Position numbers and translations under genes: made by a program. A DNA stretch of 64,000 nt, taken from positions 4,928,001-4,992,000 of the forward strand of contig CBDFLE010000006.1 in the NCBI GenBank assembly GCA_965248925.1, in the 5' to 3' direction. The number at the start of each line of letters is the position of its first letter. Position 1 is the stretch's first letter. Shown piece after piece: positions 30,715 through 38,415 of the stretch. A model generated the notes under the pieces. The model did not search any database and was not told where the DNA came from. It saw nothing but the letters and a program-made list of their open reading frames with translations. This stretch comes from Candidatus Multivoradales bacterium. GTDB taxonomy: Bacteria; Acidobacteriota; Thermoanaerobaculia; Multivoradales; J023.

Positions 30715-31281
30715 CTAGCCGCTGTCGACTTCACGGGACATCAGGATCAGGTCGTGGGTGCGGCCATTTTGGTCGATAACCCAGTCGTGGAGCAGGGCTT
30801 CTGGGATAAATTCCAGGTGGTGGAAGAGGTTCTGAGCCGAGCGTTGGTTACTCATCATCTGTGCCACCAGCTTGTGCAGACCGAGATTCTGCGCCAGATA
30901 GAAGAGCTGGTCGGCTAGCTTGCCGCCGACTCCTTTGCCGCGGAAGGCGGAACCTACCAAGAGCCGCATCTCGCCCAAGTGGCGGGTCCACAAGATCTCG
31001 CTATGGTGCAGGCTGCCGTAGGCGACTATTTCGCCACTGTCTTTTTCTTCAGCCAGCACCGTTACGGTTTTGGCCTGGCGCACGTTGTCGATCCAATCTT
31101 GGACCACCTGCGGATCAGTGATATCGATGCGCAGGAAGAGCTTGTCGTGTTCGGGCAGCTGGCGGGTGAAGGCCAGCATTGCCTCGAGGTCACCTTCGCC
31201 CAACATGCGAAAGCGTACTTGCAGGTCGCCGATAGGAATCGACCACGGGTAGGTGTAGCTGGAGCAGGTGGCCTCGGTCAC
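30715..31281 (-). CDS. GNAT N-acetyltransferase
   Basis: FRGKGVG acetyl-CoA motif; AQNLFHHLEF. Confidence 0.85.
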   Translation of the reverse strand: MTEATCSSYTYPWSIPIGDLQVRFRMLGEGDLEAMLAFTRQLPEHDKLFLRIDITDPQVVQDWIDNVRQAKTVTVLAEEKDSGEIVAYGSLHHSEILWTRHLGEMRLLVGSAFRGKGVGGKLADQLFYLAQNLGLHKLVAQMMSNQRSAQNLFHHLEFIPEALLHDWVIDQNGRTHDLILMSREVDSG

Positions 31282-31563
31282 GGCTCGTTCTCTTCAGATC
31301 AATTCAGACTTCGGGATTCAGCGCAGAGCATATACGGCTAACTGGTGTAGAGGCAATCAGCAACGAGCGGGGTGTCAAATCGGCATCTTGAGAGTCGGTG
31401 GTGGGGTATTATCAGGGCTGACGAATCAAGGGTGGGCGGCGGACCTCTCGCTAGCCTTCCCGAGCAAATCGACCGATAGCGGCTGGTGCTACGTGGGTCG
31501 ACACAGTGGGTCGACACAGTGGTCTGGGCGCGGTGTCAACATAGGCTGAGTGAGGCAAGGCAG

Positions 31564-32874
31564 ATGGGCGAATCGACCACTTGTACGGTGCTGATTATCG
31601 ACGACGAGCCGGGTGTGCTCGGTTCTGTTTCCGACGTGCTCGAAGACGAGGGTTATCGCACCTTGGCGGCGCGCAGCGGGGTCGAGGGCATCGAACTCTA
31701 TCGCAGCGAACGGCCGGACGTAGTTTTTCTCGACATCTGGCTACCTGACCGCGATGGTTTGGAGGTGCTGACGGCGCTGCGCGACGAGGATCCGCTGGCG
31801 GCGGTGGTGATGATTTCCGGCCACGGTACGGTGGCGACGGCGGTCAAGGCGATTCGCATGGGCGCCGCCGATTACTTGGAGAAGCCCCTGTCTTACAACC
31901 AGGTGGTCGAAGCAGTGGTCGAGGCCTTGGCGCGCAAGCGTTCGATGGCCGAGCGCCGTCCGCTGCCAGTGGTACGGTCGGTGCGGACCGAGATTGAGCG
32001 CGAGATTGTGCCGCCGCCGCGCCTGCCGCTGCTGCGCCAGGGAGGCGAGCCGCAACGCACCTTGAGCCGTAGCACGGTGATCTATGGCCTCGGGTTGCAC
32101 TCCGGCACCCGCACCGGCATGGTGCTGCAGCCGCTGCCCGTCGACAGCGGCATCCACTTCCTCACTTTGCCGGCAGAGAAGATTCTGGCCGCCCATGTCG
32201 ACCGCGTCGAAGACACGGACTACGCCACCACCCTCAGTCGCGAAGGGGAGAGCATTCGCACGGTCGAGCACTTGTTGTCGGCTCTTCATGCCTACGGTGT
32301 TACCAACCTGTTGATCAAGGCGCATGGCGAGATCCCGGTGCTCGACGGCTCGTCATTCGAGTTCTGCAAGGTGCTCGAGGAAGTTGGCCTTGAAGAGCAA
32401 GGCGTGCCGCGGCAAGAATTGGTGATCGATCGCTGTTACGAGATCTCGAGTGGCGGTGAGAAGAGCCTCAAGTTGGAACCCTACGATGGTTTTAGGGTGT
32501 CATATCTGCTGCGCTACCCGCCCCCGGTCGGCGAGCAGTTCTTTGAACTCGACTTGAACTCGGCGGCGGTCTATCGGCAGCAGATCGCTAGTGCTCGCAC
32601 CTTTGGTTTCATGAAGGACTTGGCGATGATGAACGAACTCGGTCTGGGCTCGGGGGGGCGGCTCGATAACTTCATTCTGGTGGGTGAGGACAACGTCATC
32701 AACACCGAGTTGCGCTATCCCGATGAGTTCGTTCGCCACAAGATCCTCGACATCGTTGGCGATCTCTACTTGCTCGGCTATCCGATCCGTGGCCGGGTCA
32801 CCGCCCGGCTGACCGGGCATCGCGACAACATTGCCATCTTGCGAGAGGTTCTCAGGCACAATCCGCCACGCTGA
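31564..32874 (+). CDS. lpxC: Receiver domain fused to UDP-3-O-acyl-N-acetylglucosamine deacetylase (REC-LpxC)
   Basis: REC: IIDDE, FLDIWLP, MISGH, EKP. LpxC: QRTL...GLHSG, TVEHLLSAL, EIPVLDGSS, ARTFGF, EFVRHKILD, GH. Confidence 0.9.
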   Translation: MGESTTCTVLIIDDEPGVLGSVSDVLEDEGYRTLAARSGVEGIELYRSERPDVVFLDIWLPDRDGLEVLTALRDEDPLAAVVMISGHGTVATAVKAIRMGAADYLEKPLSYNQVVEAVVEALARKRSMAERRPLPVVRSVRTEIEREIVPPPRLPLLRQGGEPQRTLSRSTVIYGLGLHSGTRTGMVLQPLPVDSGIHFLTLPAEKILAAHVDRVEDTDYATTLSREGESIRTVEHLLSALHAYGVTNLLIKAHGEIPVLDGSSFEFCKVLEEVGLEEQGVPRQELVIDRCYEISSGGEKSLKLEPYDGFRVSYLLRYPPPVGEQFFELDLNSAAVYRQQIASARTFGFMKDLAMMNELGLGSGGRLDNFILVGEDNVINTELRYPDEFVRHKILDIVGDLYLLGYPIRGRVTARLTGHRDNIAILREVLRHNPPR

Positions 32875-32912
32875 GCCGCTAGTGGTAGCTGAGTCCAGAT
32901 GGAAGGATAACG

Positions 32913-34820
32913 ATGACAGAGGAGCAAGAGCGGCGGCTGACCACTAGCTCGGCCCGTGATCAGGCGCTGGCCGCAGTGATGCAGCGGGTCTGGGGATATG
33001 CGGATTACCGGCCCTTGCAACATGCGGCGATGAGCGCCGTTCTGGAAGGGCGCGACACCGTTGTGGTGCTGCCCACCGGGGGCGGCAAATCGCTCTGCTT
33101 CCAAGCCCCGGCGCTGCTCGGCGAGGGGCTGGCATTGGTGGTTTCGCCACTGATCGCTCTGATGAAGGATCAGGTCGACGGATTGCGTCAGAACGGCGTC
33201 GAGGCGGCCTATTTTAATAGTTCGCTCGAGCCTGCGGAACGGGCTGAGGTACTTGCTGGCCTGCGGGCTGGGCGCTATCGTCTACTTTATGTGTCGCCCG
33301 AGCGCCTGGTGGGAGAGGGGGGCGAGCGCTTTCGCGCCTTGCTCGCCGGCTGTGATTTGCGCTACGTGGCGGTTGACGAAGCCCACTGCATCAGCCAGTG
33401 GGGGCATGATTTTCGCCCCGAGTATCGCCAACTTGGCTTGCTGCGCGATGTCTTTCCGGGCATTTCGCTCCACGCCTACACCGCTACCGCCACCGAGCGG
33501 GTACGCGGCGACATCGTCCACCAGCTGGCATTGCGTACCCCCGAGATGTTGGTGGGGTCTTTTGATCGCCCCAACCTGACTTTTCGCGCCTTGCGGCGCA
33601 GCGGCGCGCGGGCACAAATTCGCCGGGTGCTCAAGCGCCACCAGGGTGAGGCCGGGATCGTCTATTGCTTGTCGCGTAAGCAGGTCGACAAGACCGCCGC
33701 TGAACTGCGTGACGAGGGTTTTCGCGCGGTGCCTTACCATGCCGGCCTGGACCGAGATGTGCGCCGCCGACATCAGGACCTCTTCACCCGTGAAGAGGTC
33801 GACATTGTGGTGGCGACCGTCGCTTTTGGCATGGGCATCGACCGTTCCAACGTACGGTTTGTGCTGCATGTCGGTGCGCCGCGGTCCCTCGAGCACTACC
33901 AGCAAGAGGCCGGCCGCGCCGGTCGCGATGGCCTGGAGGCTGAATGCGTTCTGCTGTACTCCCCAGGGGACTTCGTCACCTGGCGACGGATGCTCGAAGC
34001 CAATTCCGAACTCGACGAGGCGGCGCGGCGCCAATTGAACGAGATGTCGCGCTATGCCGCCCAGACCCACTGCCGGCACAAGGCGTTGGTGGAGTATTTT
34101 GGTCAACCCTTCGAAACCGAGAGTTGCAACGCCTGTGATTGGTGCCTGGGCGAGCTCGAGCGAGTCGAGCAGCCGGTGGTGCTGGCGCAGAAGATCATCT
34201 CCTGCGTGCTGCGTTTGCGCGAGGGCTGGGGAGTCGGGCAGGTGATCGATGTGTTGCGCGGTCGCAGCACCGACAAAGTGACCTCGCGCGGTCATCATCA
34301 GCTGAGCACGTTTGGCTTGTTGGCGGAGCTGTCGGTGGACGAGCTGCGTGGCTACGTCGACCAGCTGACCGGTCTGGGCTTCTTGCGCGCCCATGGCGAT
34401 CGCTATCCACTGCTCGGCGTCACTCAGGAAGGTTGGCGGCTACTGCGCGGCGGGGTCAGTTGCGAGTTGTCGCGGCATCGGCGCCCCGAGCCCAAGAGCC
34501 GCCGCCAGAAGAAGGCGCGGGCGGCCCAGGGAGCTTCCTGGGCCGGGGTCGACCGTGACCTCTTCGAAGTGTTGCGCGAGCTGCGGCTGGGGATTGCTCG
34601 CGAGCGCGGGGTGCCGCCCTACGTGGTGTTCCATGACAGCACCCTGCGCCATCTGGCCAGCTTGCGACCGTCGAGCCGCGACGGGCTGCTGGCGGTGCCC
34701 GGCGTTGGTGAGAAAAAGGCTGACGACCTCGGGGGTCCCTTTGTCGAGGCGATCGCCGAACATTGCGCCGCTCACGACTTGGAGCTCGATGCCGAGCCGT
34801 TGCTAGAGGCCGCGGAATGA
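32913..34820 (+). CDS. recQ: ATP-dependent DNA helicase RecQ
   Basis: LPTGGGKSLC, DEAHCISQWGHDFRP, QEAGRAGRDG, Zn-RQC and HRDC (VPPYVVFHD). Confidence 0.95.
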   Translation: MTEEQERRLTTSSARDQALAAVMQRVWGYADYRPLQHAAMSAVLEGRDTVVVLPTGGGKSLCFQAPALLGEGLALVVSPLIALMKDQVDGLRQNGVEAAYFNSSLEPAERAEVLAGLRAGRYRLLYVSPERLVGEGGERFRALLAGCDLRYVAVDEAHCISQWGHDFRPEYRQLGLLRDVFPGISLHAYTATATERVRGDIVHQLALRTPEMLVGSFDRPNLTFRALRRSGARAQIRRVLKRHQGEAGIVYCLSRKQVDKTAAELRDEGFRAVPYHAGLDRDVRRRHQDLFTREEVDIVVATVAFGMGIDRSNVRFVLHVGAPRSLEHYQQEAGRAGRDGLEAECVLLYSPGDFVTWRRMLEANSELDEAARRQLNEMSRYAAQTHCRHKALVEYFGQPFETESCNACDWCLGELERVEQPVVLAQKIISCVLRLREGWGVGQVIDVLRGRSTDKVTSRGHHQLSTFGLLAELSVDELRGYVDQLTGLGFLRAHGDRYPLLGVTQEGWRLLRGGVSCELSRHRRPEPKSRRQKKARAAQGASWAGVDRDLFEVLRELRLGIARERGVPPYVVFHDSTLRHLASLRPSSRDGLLAVPGVGEKKADDLGGPFVEAIAEHCAAHDLELDAEPLLEAAE

Positions 34821-35038
34821 ACGCTTCCGAGCCCGATATCGGGCCTATGGTGGCGGTGGTGTTTGTCCGCTTGGAAGGCGACGATTTTGGCCTTCAGCTG
34901 GCCTGCTTCGTCACCGACGATGGTGCCTCTTTCATGCTCGATGCGGGTGGGTTGGAGTTGCGCATCAGTGCTTTGCAGATCGCAGGTTGGGGGGTGGGCG
35001 AAGAACGGCGTGCCTTGCGCTTGTTGGCGGCGGACTAG
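34817..35038 (+). CDS. Small hypothetical protein
   Basis: ATGA overlap with the recQ stop; 73 aa. Confidence 0.35.
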   Translation: MNASEPDIGPMVAVVFVRLEGDDFGLQLACFVTDDGASFMLDAGGLELRISALQIAGWGVGEERRALRLLAAD

Positions 35039-35041
35039 GCC

Positions 35042-35103
35042 GCGCCCCTACGCCTAGGCCGAAAACTTCCGCGACGGATGTAGGGGCGCACGGCGTGCAC
35101 CCT
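35042..35103. repeat. GTAG-family REP-like inverted pair
   Basis: GCGCCCCTAC (35042-51) / GTAGGGGCGCACGGCGTGCACCC (35080-102) between convergent genes. Confidence 0.6.
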
Positions 35104-35110
35104 CTTCGAT

Positions 35111-35992
35111 CTACCCGGCGCCGATCGGTCTCCGGAGCGGCTTCCAACTCACCAGGGCCGCGCCGGTGATGGTGATGGCGCCACCTGCGGCGGTCAATAG
35201 TCCCGGCGTTTCACCGAGAATTCCCCAGGCCATGATCGCGGTCAGGGGTGGCACCAGATAGAGAAACACTGCCTGCCGCGACGCTGGTAAGCGTTTGGCT
35301 GCTTGCGACCAACTCCACACACCGATAACTCCAGGGACAATGCTGAGGTAGATCACGGCGGTAGTCGCCGCCCGACTGGCTACCGCCAAGTCCTGGGCCA
35401 AAGAACCGGCGAAAGGCAGAGCCACGGCCGTCGCCAGCAGGAAGGTCCAGGCGGTGGTGCGGCCCGCGCCCACCCGACCGATTAGACTGCGCAACAGGAC
35501 GAAGTAAAACGCCTGGCAGATCGCTGTCATCAGGATGGCGAGAGCGCCAGCGAACTCGAAAGTGAAAGCCCCGGAACTAGATCCCACCAGGATGGCGCCG
35601 ACAAAGCCAAACCCGACCCCGCTCCAAGCCAGCCGTCCCAGGCGCTCGCGCAGCAATAGGCCGGCGAGAATGGCGGTCCATATGGGTACCGTATTGAGCA
35701 GTAGGCTGGCGCCGAGAGCGCTGACTGTCTTTTGGCCACGGGCGAGCAAGAGGTTGTACAGGACAGCTCCCGAAATCGCCATCAGCAGCAAGCGGCCGAA
35801 GTCGCGACCCGAGAGGCGGCAGAAACCGCGGATGCCTTGCCGTGGCAGGACCACCATCGACACCAAGATGGCACTGACCAAACATCTCAAGAGCACCAGG
35901 CTACCCGGCGCGAAGTCGGTGATGGCGATGCGCATGGCGACGAAAGCGGAAGCCCACGACAATAGGGTCAGAGTGATGTAGAAAGCTGTCAC
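35111..35992 (-). CDS. DMT/EamA transporter
   Basis: About 10 TM; WASAFVA, P..L...R, ILAGLLLRERL, ILGE. Confidence 0.88.
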   Translation of the reverse strand: MTAFYITLTLLSWASAFVAMRIAITDFAPGSLVLLRCLVSAILVSMVVLPRQGIRGFCRLSGRDFGRLLLMAISGAVLYNLLLARGQKTVSALGASLLLNTVPIWTAILAGLLLRERLGRLAWSGVGFGFVGAILVGSSSGAFTFEFAGALAILMTAICQAFYFVLLRSLIGRVGAGRTTAWTFLLATAVALPFAGSLAQDLAVASRAATTAVIYLSIVPGVIGVWSWSQAAKRLPASRQAVFLYLVPPLTAIMAWGILGETPGLLTAAGGAITITGAALVSWKPLRRPIGAG

Positions 35993-36474
35993 GGCAGGCC
36001 CTCTTGAGGTGTCGACGAGCGTGGTTGTAAGCTCAGCCGCAGGCGTGCTTTCTCGGTCAGGGTGGCACCTTGTCGCTGGTAGAAGCGCAGTGCCTGTTGG
36101 TTCCAAAGCGGGCTTTGCCATTCCAGATGAGCGAGACCGGCGGCGGCGCAGTCCGCGACTAGCCGCTGTAACATCCGGGCACCGATTCCTCGGCCTCTCC
36201 AGGCTGGCCGTAGGTATAGGCAATCCATGTGCAGGTACTCGCAGGCTTCCCAGGTGGAGAATTCGCGGCTCCAGGTGGTGTAGCCGGCCAGGCCGTTCGG
36301 AGTGGCGGCCAGCAGACAAGTTGCCCTGGGCGGGTCAGCGAAAAAGTAGCTGGCCAGGGCGTCGCGCTTGCCGTTGGGGGAGTAGGTGGCGCGTTCGTAG
36401 GCGGCGTGCTCGGCGCACAGCTCGACCAGTGGATCGAGTTCGGCTCGGGTCAGAGGGCGCAAGGTGATCGACAT
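35989..36474 (-). CDS. GNAT N-acetyltransferase (spermidine-acetyltransferase-like)
   Basis: LHMDCLYLRPAWRGRGIG, WNQQALRFY. Confidence 0.88.
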   Translation of the reverse strand: MSITLRPLTRAELDPLVELCAEHAAYERATYSPNGKRDALASYFFADPPRATCLLAATPNGLAGYTTWSREFSTWEACEYLHMDCLYLRPAWRGRGIGARMLQRLVADCAAAGLAHLEWQSPLWNQQALRFYQRQGATLTEKARLRLSLQPRSSTPQEGLP

Positions 36475-36480
36475 GGAAAC

Positions 36481-36882
36481 TCAAGCCTCGACCAGTGAGA
36501 AACCTTCATCTTTCCATCCTTCGATGCCGCCGATCATCAATTTCACTGGACGGTCGAGCCTGGCCAGCCGCACCGCCGCCTTGGCGGCGCCGTTGCAATG
36601 AGGGCCAGCGCAGTAGACGACGAAAACGTTATCTGGCGGGTAAGCGGTGAGTCGGTTGGCGGCAATTTCCCAGTTGGAAAGGTGGGTCGCGCCGGCGATG
36701 TGGCCACGGTCGAAGAGCGCCTTCGAACGCACGTCGAGGAGAACGAAATCAGGCTCGTCGCGCTGTAGGCCGGAGTGGACATCCCAGCAGTCGGTCTCGA
36801 AGACCAGCTGAGCTTCGAAGTGGGCCAGGGCATCGCGGCTGGTGGCGGGGGGGATACGCAGGACTTCGCTGTGTCTTTTCAT
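36481..36882 (-). CDS. Rhodanese-like protein
   Basis: ETDCWDVH, LDVRS, GHIAGA, YCAGPHCNGA, MIGGIEGW. Confidence 0.88.
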   Translation of the reverse strand: MKRHSEVLRIPPATSRDALAHFEAQLVFETDCWDVHSGLQRDEPDFVLLDVRSKALFDRGHIAGATHLSNWEIAANRLTAYPPDNVFVVYCAGPHCNGAAKAAVRLARLDRPVKLMIGGIEGWKDEGFSLVEA

Positions 36883-37044
36883 TCACCGAGCCTACGATCG
36901 GTGATGGGAGTCTTCGAGTGGCAGAAATGCCAATGATCGACACGATCCCGCCACAATTCGCAGCAATTGGTGACCTCTAGTAGCGCGGTGCTACGATCAC
37001 CCACGGCAACAGATCCCAACTTTTCTAGACCGGAGGTCGAATCC

Positions 37045-38403
37045 ATGCTCAGTGCTGAGTGCAGCCGTCGCCTCGCCTTGTGCTTGATCCTTTCGTGGCC
37101 ACCAGCCGTCTCGGCGGCCGACAGTGATGTGGTCGGCAGTGACGCGGTTGACGCCGCGGTGGCGCGGTATGAAGCGCAGATTGTCGGATTTCGCCATCAG
37201 ATTCACCAGCATCCGGAACTCGGCAACCGCGAGCACAAGACCGCGGCGTTGGTTGTCGAGCATCTGCGCAGCCTCGGGTTCGAGGACATCCGCACCGGTG
37301 TCGGCTACACCGGGGTGGTCGCGGTGTTGCGCGGCGGTCAGCCTGGGCCAGTGGTGGCGGTGCGGGCCGATATGGATGCCTTGCCGGTGACCGAGGACAC
37401 CGACTACTCCTTTCGCTCAATAGTTCGCACCGAGTATTTGGGCCAGGAAGTTGGGGTGATGCATGCGTGTGGCCACGACATCCACACCGCGGTGCAGCTC
37501 GGCGTCGCCTCGGTGCTGGCCGAGTTGCGCGACCAGCTGCCCGGAACGGTGAAGCTGATCTTCCAGCCCGCCGAGGAAGGACCGCCTCCGGGCGAGGAAG
37601 GTGGCGCTGAACTGATGCTCGCCGAGGGCGCCTTCGAAGACCCCCGTCCAGAAGTGGTGTTCGGTCTGCACACCTTCGCCGACATGGAAGTCGGTAAGTT
37701 GGGCTACACGGTAGGGCCGGCCTTTGCCGCGGTCGATCATTTCGTCGCCAAGATCGTTGGTCGCCAGGCGCATGGAGCGCAGCCCCAAGCGTCGATCGAT
37801 CCGGTGGTGATGGCGGCGCAGGTGATCACCGGCCTGCAGACCATCCGCTCGCGCAACCTGCACCCGTTGGAACCCAGCGTGGTGACGGTGGGAATTGTCC
37901 GCGGCGGTACGCGCTACAACATCATCCCTGATCAGGTCCACCTAGAAGGAACGGTGCGGACCTACAGCACCGCGGCGCGCAATCAGATCGAGAGGCGCAT
38001 GGGCGAGATCCTCGATGGCATCACCCATGCCGGCGGTGGCAGTTTCGAGCTCGACTACCAACGCGGCACACCGGCGACGATCAATGCCCCCGAGCTGGCC
38101 GCCCAGATGGCCCCCAGCCTGGCGGCGGTGGTCGGTGCTGACAACGTCGAGCTGCTGCAGCCAACCATGGGGGGCGAGGACTTTGCCTTTTTCGCCAACC
38201 AGGTGCCGGGTTTCTACTTCCGTCTCGGCATGGTGGCGCCGGGCGGCGAGTCGGGGGGACACCACACTCCGACCTTCGCTGCCGACGACAGCTCGGTCGC
38301 GGTGGGCATGCGGGCGATGAGTCGGTTGGTGCTCGACTATATGCAGGCGGCTGGCGGAAAAAATGCCGACCACCAGGCATCCTTGCCGTCGTTCGGTCGC
38401 TGA
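37045..38403 (+). CDS. Exported M20-family amidohydrolase
   Basis: HQHPELG, RADMDALP, MHACGHD, FQPAEE, GEDF; signal peptide. Confidence 0.9.
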   Translation: MLSAECSRRLALCLILSWPPAVSAADSDVVGSDAVDAAVARYEAQIVGFRHQIHQHPELGNREHKTAALVVEHLRSLGFEDIRTGVGYTGVVAVLRGGQPGPVVAVRADMDALPVTEDTDYSFRSIVRTEYLGQEVGVMHACGHDIHTAVQLGVASVLAELRDQLPGTVKLIFQPAEEGPPPGEEGGAELMLAEGAFEDPRPEVVFGLHTFADMEVGKLGYTVGPAFAAVDHFVAKIVGRQAHGAQPQASIDPVVMAAQVITGLQTIRSRNLHPLEPSVVTVGIVRGGTRYNIIPDQVHLEGTVRTYSTAARNQIERRMGEILDGITHAGGGSFELDYQRGTPATINAPELAAQMAPSLAAVVGADNVELLQPTMGGEDFAFFANQVPGFYFRLGMVAPGGESGGHHTPTFAADDSSVAVGMRAMSRLVLDYMQAAGGKNADHQASLPSFGR

Positions 38404-38415
38404 TAGCATTCGCCA

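Noticed and set aside
31494-31522. GTGGGTCGACACA x2 tandem upstream of REC-lpxC (and the 13-bp tandem at 50502)
   Set aside because: Short duplications with no evidence of function; likely slippage.
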